Positions 27,747-37,472 of a stretch of 64,000 bases of DNA are shown here, one piece after another. Below the pieces are notes generated by a model. It was not told where the DNA came from and did not search any database. It saw only the letters and a program-made list of their open reading frames with translations. Position 1 is the first letter of the stretch, and each line of letters opens with the position of its first letter. Made by a program: the position numbers and the translations under genes. This DNA comes from Arcobacteraceae bacterium (GTDB taxonomy: Bacteria; Campylobacterota; Campylobacteria; Campylobacterales; Arcobacteraceae): positions 29,642 through 93,641 of the forward strand of contig OZ223243.1 of assembly GCA_965140475.1 (NCBI GenBank). Direction: 5' to 3'.

Positions 27747-30344
27747 TTAAAATAAGTTAGCATTTTTATCTATCCATTTAAAATATTCAATAATGTCGTC
27801 TGTTTCTTTCTCACTCATATGTTGATTTGGCATTCTAAGATTAAAATAGTTAATCATACCATCAACATATGGATCTTTATACATTTTTTCTGGGTTAAGA
27901 ATAAAACTTTTTACCCATTTTTCAGCATTTTCATGTCTTTGTAAAACACCCGTTAAATCAGGACCTGAAGATACTTTTCCAACAACATGACATCCAGAAC
28001 AACCACCCTCATTAAATGCTCTTTCACCTCTTTGAGCAGCAGGACTTTGCTTAGTTGCTATTATTCTTACCAGTGCATCTTTGGCTCTAATACCAACATC
28101 CGCTGTTTTAACCATTAATTGCCAAATCATATTTTCAAATAAAATAGCTTTTTCTATATCCCCATCTTTTAAGGCTTCATTAGCTAGTTTTTTCTGAGCA
28201 GGAATTTGTCCATATTGGTCAAAAGCATCAGTTACAAGAGCTGCTACAACTTTATGATCACCGAATTTATTTTCTTTTAAAAACTTAACAACAGATTGAA
28301 TAACTGCATCTGTAGCATCATTAACTGCAACTGTTTTATCATATTCTGCTTTTAATTCTTCAGTAGTCATTGTTTTCATTTTAAGTTTTTGAGCTGATGT
28401 ATATTTTTTATTTGGATCTTTAACCATTAAGTATCCCATCATCTCTAAATGAAGTGCTGAACAAAATTCTGTACAATAGTATGGGAAAACACCTTCTATA
28501 TCAGCTTCAAATTTAATAGATGCAGTTTCACCTGGCTCTAAAGAGGCATGAACATTATAATGATCTACTGTAAAACCATGAGTTTCATCTTGAGCTCTTT
28601 CAAGATTAGTTAAATGCATAGTAACTATATCACCTTTATTAACTGTAATTCTTTCTGGGTTAATATGAGATCTAACCATAGTAGCAAAAACTGTTACTTT
28701 GTTCCCATCTCTTTCAATCCTTTCTTGACCAGCTAAAGTTTTACCAATATGTTGTTCACCTGTTGTAACATTTGTACCCATTGGATATCTTACATGTGGG
28801 TGCAATTTAGTAGCTCTAATTGCAACAGCTTGATGTGGTTCACCTAAAGGTAAAGGCATATCTACAAGTAGATCCATTGTTTTACCACTAATATCAATTA
28901 ACTGATGATTTTGTGGGTGAAGTGGACCAACATTTTGAAATCTATCAATAGCAAGTTTATTTAAAGAGATAATATACTTACCTTGTGGGTCAGCAGATTT
29001 ACCCTCCATACCACATAAATGTCCAACATTATAATGAACATTTTCTTTATCCAAAACTTTAAGATCTTTATAGTTCCATTTTACGATTTGTGAATCAACA
29101 TAAAGTGAAGTATAAATTTCACCATCAACATTTGAATATTGATTATGTAATGGTCCAAGACCTAATTCAACTTGACCATGTAAAGATTTTTTCATATCTA
29201 AAATAGGAATACCATATGGATCTTTTCCAATATATTCTTTAGCATCAATTAATTTTTTAATTTTACTCCATTTATATACTGAAGCATGTGTATCTAATTT
29301 TCCACAAACTGTAATATATTCACCATCAGGTGAAACATCTACACCGTGAGGTGATTTAGGTTCAGGAATTAAAAATAAAGCATTATTTTTAACAGCAATA
29401 TCCATAGGTATAATTCTATGATTATTAACAACTTTTACATTTTTTGGATCTTTCGCAAGTTTTGCTAATTTTTCCCAGTTATATACATGTAAAAAATCAG
29501 TATCGAATCTACTCATACCAGCTTCATTTGGTGGCATACCAACTTCAATTCCACCAGTGTACATTTCTGTGTTAAATGAATTTGTAAATCCCCAACCATC
29601 AGATACACCTTTACCAGAATCTGATAAATCTTGCATATATGGAGGCATCTCTATTGTAAATGAAGCTTTTTCATCAATTCGACCTTTTTCAGAATCAAAT
29701 TTCCACATTGTAGCTCCACCTCTATAAGTTTCTTTATAGTCTTCAATTGGGTGATAGTCATTGTCAAATGGTGCAGCATATTGTGCAGCTTCTATTATAT
29801 ACTCAGAATTTTGAGTAAAAAAAGCTCCACCATGAGCTGATTTAAAAACAGGGTTAACTACAATTTGTCTAGTTTCAAAATCTGCTAAATCAATAATTGC
29901 AATTCTCGGGTTGGCTTTATCATTAATCGCTAACCATTTTCCATCATATTTTCCATCAACTTCTGAAAGTGCTGGGTGATGTGTATCTCCCCAATTTATC
30001 TCTCTTCCTCTAATATTCCCTTGTCTAAGAATTTTTTTAGAACCTTCATCAAACCCATATCCTTGCCATGGTTCTGGCGTAAATACTGCGATATACTTTA
30101 AAATTCTCATAGATGGAACACTGTAAACAATCATTTGTCCAGATTGACCACCAGAACTAAACACTACAAATTCATCTCTACCACCTGTCGGTAAATATGT
30201 TTTTGCAGCACGAATAACATCATTCTCTGTTAAGCCTCTTTTTTTCATTATCTTATCTAGCTCTCCCGTACTTGCTGTTGCAACGGTTGCAGCAATAGTT
30301 GTACCTAAAACTAAAGTTGATAATTTACTAAAAATCCTACTCAT
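27747..30344 (-). CDS. nosZ: Clade II nitrous-oxide reductase with C-terminal cytochrome c domain (cNosZ)
   Basis: 865 aa with a Sec-type signal (no RR), GDTHHP, CuA motif CTEFCSALHLEM and C-terminal CSGCH. Confidence 0.95.
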   Translation of the reverse strand: MSRIFSKLSTLVLGTTIAATVATASTGELDKIMKKRGLTENDVIRAAKTYLPTGGRDEFVVFSSGGQSGQMIVYSVPSMRILKYIAVFTPEPWQGYGFDEGSKKILRQGNIRGREINWGDTHHPALSEVDGKYDGKWLAINDKANPRIAIIDLADFETRQIVVNPVFKSAHGGAFFTQNSEYIIEAAQYAAPFDNDYHPIEDYKETYRGGATMWKFDSEKGRIDEKASFTIEMPPYMQDLSDSGKGVSDGWGFTNSFNTEMYTGGIEVGMPPNEAGMSRFDTDFLHVYNWEKLAKLAKDPKNVKVVNNHRIIPMDIAVKNNALFLIPEPKSPHGVDVSPDGEYITVCGKLDTHASVYKWSKIKKLIDAKEYIGKDPYGIPILDMKKSLHGQVELGLGPLHNQYSNVDGEIYTSLYVDSQIVKWNYKDLKVLDKENVHYNVGHLCGMEGKSADPQGKYIISLNKLAIDRFQNVGPLHPQNHQLIDISGKTMDLLVDMPLPLGEPHQAVAIRATKLHPHVRYPMGTNVTTGEQHIGKTLAGQERIERDGNKVTVFATMVRSHINPERITVNKGDIVTMHLTNLERAQDETHGFTVDHYNVHASLEPGETASIKFEADIEGVFPYYCTEFCSALHLEMMGYLMVKDPNKKYTSAQKLKMKTMTTEELKAEYDKTVAVNDATDAVIQSVVKFLKENKFGDHKVVAALVTDAFDQYGQIPAQKKLANEALKDGDIEKAILFENMIWQLMVKTADVGIRAKDALVRIIATKQSPAAQRGERAFNEGGCSGCHVVGKVSSGPDLTGVLQRHENAEKWVKSFILNPEKMYKDPYVDGMINYFNLRMPNQHMSEKETDDIIEYFKWIDKNANLF

Positions 30345-30406
30345 ACTTTCTCCTTTTCTCCCTTATATTTCATTTGAATAAAGATTAAAATTCAAGTGAT
30401 TGTAAA

Positions 30407-30448
30407 ATGATATATGAAAAAATAAGAAAATAATTTGACTTAGGGCAA
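30407..30448 (-). promoter_or_regulatory. Candidate Crp/Fnr-dependent nosZ promoter: TTGCCCTAAGTCAA plus -10 TATCAT
   Basis: The minus strand has a half-perfect box at 30448-30435 (right half GTCAA exact, left half TTGCC), then 22 nt, then TATCAT (30412-30407). The AGGAG SD lies 5 nt before the nosZ ATG. Confidence 0.5.
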
Positions 30449-30470
30449 ATTATTGTAAAAAAAGTAGTTT

Positions 30471-31433
30471 TTATTTTTTATGTTGTATTAAGTCCTTTAA
30501 TTTAGATTGTAAATCTTGTAATTTTGAAGCAATATTCATTAATTCTTCTAAAGATTGAATAACGGCATCTTCTTTTTTTGCCATATCAATATCAATCTTT
30601 TTTTTATCATTCATTTCATTTAAAAGTATTAAAAACACCTCAATATTATTTTCAATATTTTCTAAAGAATTTGAAGTATAATCTATTGCAGTATATCCTT
30701 GTTCAATAGAACTATTAATGTTTTGTACCAAACTATTGAAATTGTTTGCTACATTTTGAATATCTTTATTATGAACTTTTATATTAATTGGTTCTAACTC
30801 GCTAATTGTATTCTTTTGGATAATATTATTTGCAGAACTCATAAATTTTTGTATAAAAGAAAGAAGGGGTTTTACTTGTAAAAAAAGATACATAAGAAGA
30901 CTACTTATGAGAATAAATAAAATATATTGAATAATTTTGTATTCTCTTAATGACTCATTAAAATAATCTTTATGTAATTTAATTAAACTATCAAATTCAG
31001 CTGTTAAAGACATATTACTTATATATACTCTTGTGATTGTTTCCTCTAATAATATATTTGTATAAGGCATAATAACTTTTATTTGATTTTTAAATAATAT
31101 AACTTCTGAATGATATTGCTTCCAAAATTCAAATATTTTTTGACTTTGTTTTTTGATTTTTTCAGATTTAATATTCATTAGTATTCTATCTTTTTTATTA
31201 AGATTATTAGTAAAATTTTCCACTGCTTTATCTAGTTGAATACTAGGATGATTTGGGTTTCTATAAATATAAAAAATATTTTTTGATATCTCTTGCGTAT
31301 AATCTTTTTGTTGATTAATTAGTGTTAAGATATTGCTTTTTTGTTTATTCTGTTTATCGATATAATTTACAATTACAACCAATAATAATGATAATAAAAA
31401 AATCATTATCCCAAGTATTTTTATTTTATTCAT
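30471..31433 (-). CDS. Membrane sensor-like protein: TM, periplasmic helical domain, TM, HAMP, short coiled coil, no output domain
   Basis: Two TM segments. HAMP signature after TM2 (KPLL...NKDIQNVANNFNSLV). The periplasmic INQQKDYTQEISK resembles the PilJ/NarX-type N-terminal sensor motif. No H-box, ATPase or MCP hairpin. Confidence 0.6.
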   Translation of the reverse strand: MNKIKILGIMIFLLSLLLVVIVNYIDKQNKQKSNILTLINQQKDYTQEISKNIFYIYRNPNHPSIQLDKAVENFTNNLNKKDRILMNIKSEKIKKQSQKIFEFWKQYHSEVILFKNQIKVIMPYTNILLEETITRVYISNMSLTAEFDSLIKLHKDYFNESLREYKIIQYILFILISSLLMYLFLQVKPLLSFIQKFMSSANNIIQKNTISELEPINIKVHNKDIQNVANNFNSLVQNINSSIEQGYTAIDYTSNSLENIENNIEVFLILLNEMNDKKKIDIDMAKKEDAVIQSLEELMNIASKLQDLQSKLKDLIQHKK

Positions 31434-31444
31434 ATTATATCCCC

Positions 31445-32116
31445 TTAAATTTCTTTATAAATTAAATCTAAATTATACTGATCTGTAATAAAAACCTTGC
31501 CATGATCAATATCTATAACTTCTCTTCGTTTTAAATTATTTAAAACTCTTGATAATGTTGAGGGTCGAATATGTAGCATAAGAGAAATATCTGATCTTTT
31601 TAATTCATTAAATATTTCTAAATCAGTACTTATCATTTTGGCAACTTTAGATACTGCATCATATATAAATTCTCTATTAATAAGCGATTGTAATTTTATA
31701 GATTGTAAAACAATTTGATTAGTAAACTCAGAATTAAGAATATTTTGTTCTAAAAACTCATGTTTGAAGCCTTTATAATCAACAATTAATACTTTTGAAT
31801 CTTTTATAAAAGATATATTTGAAAAAAATTCCAATTCATCATTATTAGTATCTAATATTTCTGAAATCATATTATTTTGATAAATATGAAATAAAAAAAT
31901 TTCATTTTCATATTTATCAATTTTATAGGCTTTTGCTAAACCTTCAACTAAAAAAAACAATTTATTTATTTTAGTTTTTTCATAAGATAAGATATACTCT
32001 CTCTCATAACTTTCAATAGTGGATATTTCACTTAATCTATTAATTTGTTTTTCATTCAAGCTATGAAAAAAATCTAATTTTTGTATTACATTCTTTAAAG
32101 AGAAAGTGTTATCCAT
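31445..32116 (-). CDS. Crp/Fnr-family transcriptional regulator (cysteine-free; Nss/Dnr-like rather than Fe-S FNR)
   Basis: 223 aa with a cNMP-binding-like beta-roll and a C-terminal HTH (RSDISLMLHIRPSTLSRVLNNLKR). The translation contains no Cys. Starts 8 nt after the mnmG stop. Confidence 0.8.
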   Translation of the reverse strand: MDNTFSLKNVIQKLDFFHSLNEKQINRLSEISTIESYEREYILSYEKTKINKLFFLVEGLAKAYKIDKYENEIFLFHIYQNNMISEILDTNNDELEFFSNISFIKDSKVLIVDYKGFKHEFLEQNILNSEFTNQIVLQSIKLQSLINREFIYDAVSKVAKMISTDLEIFNELKRSDISLMLHIRPSTLSRVLNNLKRREVIDIDHGKVFITDQYNLDLIYKEI

Positions 32117-32124
32117 ATTGTTTA

Positions 32125-34041
32125 TTATACAGTAACTTTTTTATTTTTCATATCTATATGAAGATGGATAATATCCACTGCACTTGGGGTAATCCCGCTT
32201 ATTTGCGAAGCATTAAAAAGTGTTGGTGGTTTGAACTTTTTAAGCTTCTCTATAACTTCTGATGAAAGTCCAGGTAAGTTATCGTAGATGAAATCTTCTG
32301 GTATTTTTAGATTTAACATCTTTTTCATTTTTTCTATCTGTTTTTGTTGCTTATCTACATATCTATAATATTTTGCTTCAACTATCACTTGCTCTTTTAA
32401 GTAGTCATCAAGATGTGCAAGAGTTGGAACTAGTCTATCAAATTTTTCTTTAGTGATAGTGTTTCTTCCTACTAAATCTACAAGTAAAATTTGGTCTGAT
32501 ATCTTATCTTCCCCTAACTCTTCAAGAAGTGCTAGATTTTCTTTTTTTGATGTGAACCACTCATTTTCCATAAACTCTATAGCATCTTTGATAGTTTGTT
32601 TTTTATGAGTCATTGTATTATAAGTATCATCATCAATAAGTCCAAAATCATGCCCATAACCCATAAGTCGCATATCGGCACTCTCTTCTCTTAAAAGAAG
32701 TCTGTATTCAGCTCTACTTGTGAACATTCTATATGGTTCATTTGTCCCTTTTGTTACTAGGTCATCTATAAGAACACCTATATAACTCTCATCTCTTCTT
32801 AATACAAAGGGCTCTTTTTCATCAATAGCCAAACTTGCATTTATCCCAGCCATTAACCCTTGCGCTGCTGCTTCTTCATATCCAGTTGTTGCGTTGATTT
32901 GCCCTGCTAGATACAGATTTTTTATCTTTTTTGTTTCAAGCGTGTGTTGTAACTCTGTTGGGTCTATGTAGTCATACTCTATAGCATACGCATATCGTAC
33001 CACTTTTGCATTTTCTAGCCCTTTTATAGAGTGAATTTTTTGTTTTTGTACATCTATTGGTAAACTTGAACTTAAACCATTGATATAGTATTCTTCGGCT
33101 CTTATAGTTTGTGGCTCTAAAAATAGTTGGTGTCTATCTCTTTCACTAAATCTATTTACCTTATCTTCAATACTTGGACAATATCGTGGACCTGTCCCCT
33201 CAATTTGCCCTGTAAAAAGTGGAGCTCTATCAAAGTTTGTTCGGATGATATCGTGAGTATCTACATTTGTATATGTGATATAACAAGGCAGTTGTGTAGG
33301 ATGAAACTCCTCTTTATTTGTTCTAAAACTAAAAGGATGTGGCTCTTCATCTCCACCGTGTGCTTCCATTTGTGAGAAGTCTATTGAGTTTACATTGATT
33401 CTTGCAGGGGTTCCTGTTTTAAGTCTTCCTACATTTAGTCCTAATATTTTTAGTTGATCAGAAAGTGTAGTTGATGGCAGCTCCCAAGCTCGACCTGCTG
33501 GGTATTGATTAACGCCAATATGGATAAGTCCCTTCATAAAAGTACCAGTAGTTAAAATAACTTTTTTTGCTTCAAAAGTTTCCCCAAGTTTTGTTTCAAT
33601 ACCAAATACCTCTAAATGATCCTCTTGAGCTTCAACTTTTAAAGCACTCACTTCATCTTGATACACATCTAAATTTGGTGTATTTAAAGTGACATTTCTC
33701 ATATACTCTCTATATGCATCCATATCAATCTGAGCTCGACTCCCTTGAACAGCTGCACCTTTAGAGGCATTTAAAATTCTAAACTGAATACCTGTAGCAT
33801 CGGTACACAATCCCATCTCACCACCAAGTGCATCTATCTCTCGAACTAAATGACCTTTTGCAAGTCCACCAATAGCAGGATTACAACTAGCAGCTCCTAT
33901 TTGTTCTACTAACATAGTTACGAGTAAAGTTTTTTTACCCATTCTTGCAGCTGCTAGACTTGCTTCTATACCTGCATGTCCACCACCAACTACTATAACA
34001 TCATATTGTGCTGATGATTGCTCTTGTGTTTGTTTTGTCAT
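32125..34041 (-). CDS. mnmG: tRNA uridine 5-carboxymethylaminomethyl modification enzyme MnmG
   Basis: 638 aa with the FAD motif [11 protein letters not shown] and a conserved GidA core ([11 protein letters not shown]). Confidence 0.96.
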   Translation of the reverse strand: MTKQTQEQSSAQYDVIVVGGGHAGIEASLAAARMGKKTLLVTMLVEQIGAASCNPAIGGLAKGHLVREIDALGGEMGLCTDATGIQFRILNASKGAAVQGSRAQIDMDAYREYMRNVTLNTPNLDVYQDEVSALKVEAQEDHLEVFGIETKLGETFEAKKVILTTGTFMKGLIHIGVNQYPAGRAWELPSTTLSDQLKILGLNVGRLKTGTPARINVNSIDFSQMEAHGGDEEPHPFSFRTNKEEFHPTQLPCYITYTNVDTHDIIRTNFDRAPLFTGQIEGTGPRYCPSIEDKVNRFSERDRHQLFLEPQTIRAEEYYINGLSSSLPIDVQKQKIHSIKGLENAKVVRYAYAIEYDYIDPTELQHTLETKKIKNLYLAGQINATTGYEEAAAQGLMAGINASLAIDEKEPFVLRRDESYIGVLIDDLVTKGTNEPYRMFTSRAEYRLLLREESADMRLMGYGHDFGLIDDDTYNTMTHKKQTIKDAIEFMENEWFTSKKENLALLEELGEDKISDQILLVDLVGRNTITKEKFDRLVPTLAHLDDYLKEQVIVEAKYYRYVDKQQKQIEKMKKMLNLKIPEDFIYDNLPGLSSEVIEKLKKFKPPTLFNASQISGITPSAVDIIHLHIDMKNKKVTV

Positions 34042-34121
34042 TGCTAACCTTGCTCTTTTTATATGGTATTATACCAAATCTAAGTATAATTTCGTTAAAT
34101 TCTTTTTATTGAATTTCTAAA

Positions 34122-35222
34122 GTGGGTTATAACAAAGTGAATACTATATTTAAAATATCTGGTGATTGGGAGTATGATACGATAGAACACCATATAAAAG
34201 ATATGGATAAATTCTACTTAGATAATAAAACAAACCAGATAACTTTTGATTTTTCACACCTTAAAAAAATAGATTCTTCAGGGATGATTGTCATTATACG
34301 ATATATCAATCTTTTTAAAAAACAAAATATTACCCCAACATTATTAAATATTTCAACAAAACATCAAAATATGTTAACACTTTATACAAGTAACTATACC
34401 CATAAAGATGATCTTCCAACTGTTGCAACGACAAACTTTTTTGAAGATATTGGAGATACAGCACACTCTACTTTTATAAATTTTAAACATTTTTTATATT
34501 TTATAGGGAGAATCTTGGTTATCTTTTTATATACCTTACGACATCCTTCTCAAATCAAAATAAAAGCAACCATAAACCAAATGGATATAGCAGCTATTTA
34601 TATACTTCCTATTATAGGGTTGTCACTTTTTTTAGTTGGTTTTGTTACTGCGTATCAAGGTGCAGACCAGCTAGGAAGATTTGGAGCTTCAATTATAGTT
34701 GTTGAGATGTCTACGATGTCTATGTTTAGAGAGATAGCACCTTTTTTAGCAGCGGTTATAGTAGCGGGGAGAAGTGCTTCCTCTTTTACAGCACAAATAG
34801 GAACTATGAAAATAACAGAAGAGATAAGTGCTATGAAAACTATGGGGCTTGATGTGGATAGGTTTTTAATCATCCCTAGAATTGTAGCTTTAGTTATTGT
34901 TATGCCTTTGATTGTATTTTTTGCTGATATGGCAGCTATGGCTGGGGAGATGGTGATAGTGAAATACCACCTAGGTATCCCATATACACAATTTATAGAT
35001 AGAATTTATGAGTATGTAGAGCTTAGACATATTATGCTGGGACTTTGTAAAGCACCACTTTTTGGGATACTCATAGCTATCATTGGATGTTATAGAGGGC
35101 TACAAGTACAAAAAGGGACTGATATTGGAAGATATACTACAAAGTCTGTTGTTGATGCAATTTTTTGGTTGATTATTGTAAATGCTTTAATTTCACTTTT
35201 ATCAATAGAGTTAGGATTTTAA
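34122..35222 (+). CDS. MlaE-family lipid ABC permease with N-terminal STAS (MlaB-like) domain
   Basis: GTG start. The first ~100 aa are STAS-like (FDFSHLKKIDSSGM). The remainder is the MlaE permease core (REIAPFLAAVIVAGRSASSFTAQIGTMK). Confidence 0.82.
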   Translation: MGYNKVNTIFKISGDWEYDTIEHHIKDMDKFYLDNKTNQITFDFSHLKKIDSSGMIVIIRYINLFKKQNITPTLLNISTKHQNMLTLYTSNYTHKDDLPTVATTNFFEDIGDTAHSTFINFKHFLYFIGRILVIFLYTLRHPSQIKIKATINQMDIAAIYILPIIGLSLFLVGFVTAYQGADQLGRFGASIIVVEMSTMSMFREIAPFLAAVIVAGRSASSFTAQIGTMKITEEISAMKTMGLDVDRFLIIPRIVALVIVMPLIVFFADMAAMAGEMVIVKYHLGIPYTQFIDRIYEYVELRHIMLGLCKAPLFGILIAIIGCYRGLQVQKGTDIGRYTTKSVVDAIFWLIIVNALISLLSIELGF

Positions 35223-35223
35223 G

Positions 35224-35958
35224 ATGATAAAAGTTGAAAATATCTCTACCTCTTTTTATGGGAAATATGTACATAAAAATATCTCTCTAGATATTCATGA
35301 GGGGGAGATATTTGGACTTTTAGGTGGAAGTGGGAGTGGAAAAACAACTCTTTTACGACAAATGATAATGTTAGATGAGATTCAAAAAGGTTCTATAGAA
35401 ATTTTTGGACATAAACTTACAAAATTAAAACCTATACATAGAAACTATATAAAAAGAAACTGGGGTGTTTTATTTCAATTTGGGGCACTATTTTCCTCAT
35501 TAAATGTTATTGAAAATATTGGGATTATGTTAAAAGAAAATACAAAACTCCCACAAGATATTATCAATGATATAGCCTATACCAAACTCAAAATGGTAGG
35601 ACTTGATGCAGATGTTGGGAAACTTTATCCAGAGGAACTTAGTGGTGGTATGAAAAAAAGGGTTGCAATAGCTAGAAGTTTAGCACTTGACCCAAAGATA
35701 CTTTTTCTTGATGAGCCAACCTCTGGACTTGATCCATATAGTGCAAAAGCTTTTGATGAACTTATTTTAGAACTTCGAGATATGTTAGGTTTAACTGTTG
35801 TTATTATCACCCATGAGCTAGATACTATAGAAAATGTATTAGATAGATTTACTATTATCTCAGAAGCAAATCTTGTGTTTACAGGCACTTATGACGAAGC
35901 ATTAAAAGAAAATAATGGTACAATAAATAAATTTTTGAACCAAAACAGAAAAGGGTAA
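35224..35958 (+). CDS. MlaF-like ABC ATP-binding protein
   Basis: Walker A GGSGSGKTT, signature LSGGMKKR, Walker B ILFLDEPT. Confidence 0.9.
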   Translation: MIKVENISTSFYGKYVHKNISLDIHEGEIFGLLGGSGSGKTTLLRQMIMLDEIQKGSIEIFGHKLTKLKPIHRNYIKRNWGVLFQFGALFSSLNVIENIGIMLKENTKLPQDIINDIAYTKLKMVGLDADVGKLYPEELSGGMKKRVAIARSLALDPKILFLDEPTSGLDPYSAKAFDELILELRDMLGLTVVIITHELDTIENVLDRFTIISEANLVFTGTYDEALKENNGTINKFLNQNRKG

Positions 35959-35962
35959 TATT

Positions 35963-36853
35963 TTGGAAAATAAAGCTAGATACACTTTAGTTGGTCTATT
36001 TATAATTGTTTTTTTAGTCTCTTTAGTGGCATTTATATTATGGCAAACAAAATATAATTTTAAAGATGCACAATCTTATGAATATAGACTCTATACACAA
36101 ACTTCCGTTGCAGGACTCAATAAAAACTCCTTTGTTGAATATAAGGGACTGAATATTGGTATTGTAAAAGAGATTAGAATAGATCCAGAAAACTTACAAC
36201 AAATAGAGATAGTTTTAAAAATAGACAACCCAACTATGATAAAAGAAAATAGCTTTGCAACTATCCAATCACAAGGTATAACTGGAAATAAAAATATAGA
36301 GATTGGTGGGGGAACTGCTGATGCAAAAGATTTACTTCCAGCAAAAGGTAGCTTTGAGAAACTCCCATTAGAACAATCATTTTTTGACAATCTAACAGCA
36401 AGTGCTCAAGATATAACACAAAATATTAATCTCACTTTATATCAAATAAATAAACTTCTAAAAGATAGTAATATAAAGCATATAGATAGCCTACTCTCTA
36501 ACTTAGAAAAAAATTCAAACAATTTCAATACAACTCTTGATAAGCTCAATACTATTTTGGATACAAATGCACCAAATACTTTAGCAAATATTGATACACT
36601 TACTAAAGAGTGGAGTGGATTATCACAAGATATTAAAGAGTTTATAAATGATGATATAGGTGAACTTGTAAAAAAAGCAAATGTAACTTTAGATAGTACT
36701 TCAAATTTAGAAGATATCTTTTTAAATATTGACAATACTATTGAAAAAATTGATGAAACTCTAGATAATATCAATGAAAATGGTGGTGATATTATTTTCA
36801 AAACAAGAGATATTAAATATGGACCACAGGAGATGCAAAATGAAAATAAATAG
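35963..36853 (+). CDS. MlaD/MCE-domain periplasmic protein with long helical tail
   Basis: TTG start, TM anchor, MCE core (VAGLNKNSFVEYKGLNIGIVKEI) and a coiled C-terminus. Confidence 0.82.
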   Translation: MENKARYTLVGLFIIVFLVSLVAFILWQTKYNFKDAQSYEYRLYTQTSVAGLNKNSFVEYKGLNIGIVKEIRIDPENLQQIEIVLKIDNPTMIKENSFATIQSQGITGNKNIEIGGGTADAKDLLPAKGSFEKLPLEQSFFDNLTASAQDITQNINLTLYQINKLLKDSNIKHIDSLLSNLEKNSNNFNTTLDKLNTILDTNAPNTLANIDTLTKEWSGLSQDIKEFINDDIGELVKKANVTLDSTSNLEDIFLNIDNTIEKIDETLDNINENGGDIIFKTRDIKYGPQEMQNENK

Positions 36854-37439
36854 TCTTATTCTAGTAGTGTTTGTTTTAACTTTTACTGGATGTATTAGCC
36901 TAACTAAAGAGGTACCTGCATACTCTACATATACTCTTAATGTAGATAATAGTAAACAAATCAATGACAATGGTACAAATATTAAACTTGAGATAAAAGA
37001 ACCCAAAGCACTCCATAGTATCAATTCTAAATATATATCATACTCTACAAAAAACTATACAAGTGAAAATTACGCATTAAGTAAATGGAGTGACAACCCA
37101 TCAAAAATGATCCAAACTCAAATGGTAAAATATCTCTCCTCGACATATAATTATGCTTTTGTAAATAACTCAAATATCAATGTAAGAAGTGACTGGCAAA
37201 TTTTAAGTGAAATAATAAACTTCCATCAAAGTTTTAAAAAAGAGGAAACTTTTGTAGAGTTTTCAATCAATATCTATCTAAAAAATAGAAAAGAGACTTT
37301 TTATAAAAACTTCACCTATACACAACCATGTGAACAAAACAATGCACTAGGGGCTGTAAAAGCTTTAAATATTGTTGTTAATAGTTTTGTAAAAGATTTA
37401 GATAAATGGGTTTTAGATAGTATTAAAACAAAACCATAA
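36840..37439 (+). CDS. ABC-type transport auxiliary lipoprotein (PqiC/YmbA-like); start moved to ATG 36840
   Basis: MKINSLILVVFVLTFTGC lipobox at the internal Met. The track start at 36774 would overlap the MCE gene by 80 nt. Confidence 0.65.
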   Translation: MKINSLILVVFVLTFTGCISLTKEVPAYSTYTLNVDNSKQINDNGTNIKLEIKEPKALHSINSKYISYSTKNYTSENYALSKWSDNPSKMIQTQMVKYLSSTYNYAFVNNSNINVRSDWQILSEIINFHQSFKKEETFVEFSINIYLKNRKETFYKNFTYTQPCEQNNALGAVKALNIVVNSFVKDLDKWVLDSIKTKP

Positions 37440-37472
37440 TGTAAAAAAACAATTCAAAAAGTGAGGTTTTAG

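Noticed and set aside
19801-32116. nos region as a recently acquired genomic island
   Set aside because: I saw no flanking direct repeats, tRNA, integrase or transposase, and no obvious compositional break by eye. The regulator is even fused into the mnmG transcription unit. I cannot support horizontal acquisition from this window alone.
36774-36839. Upstream extension of the auxiliary lipoprotein ORF, and likewise the 54163-54207 extension of moaE
   Set aside because: Both extensions overlap the preceding gene in another frame. The internal ATGs give a lipobox signal peptide (36840) and a start just after the moaD stop (54208).
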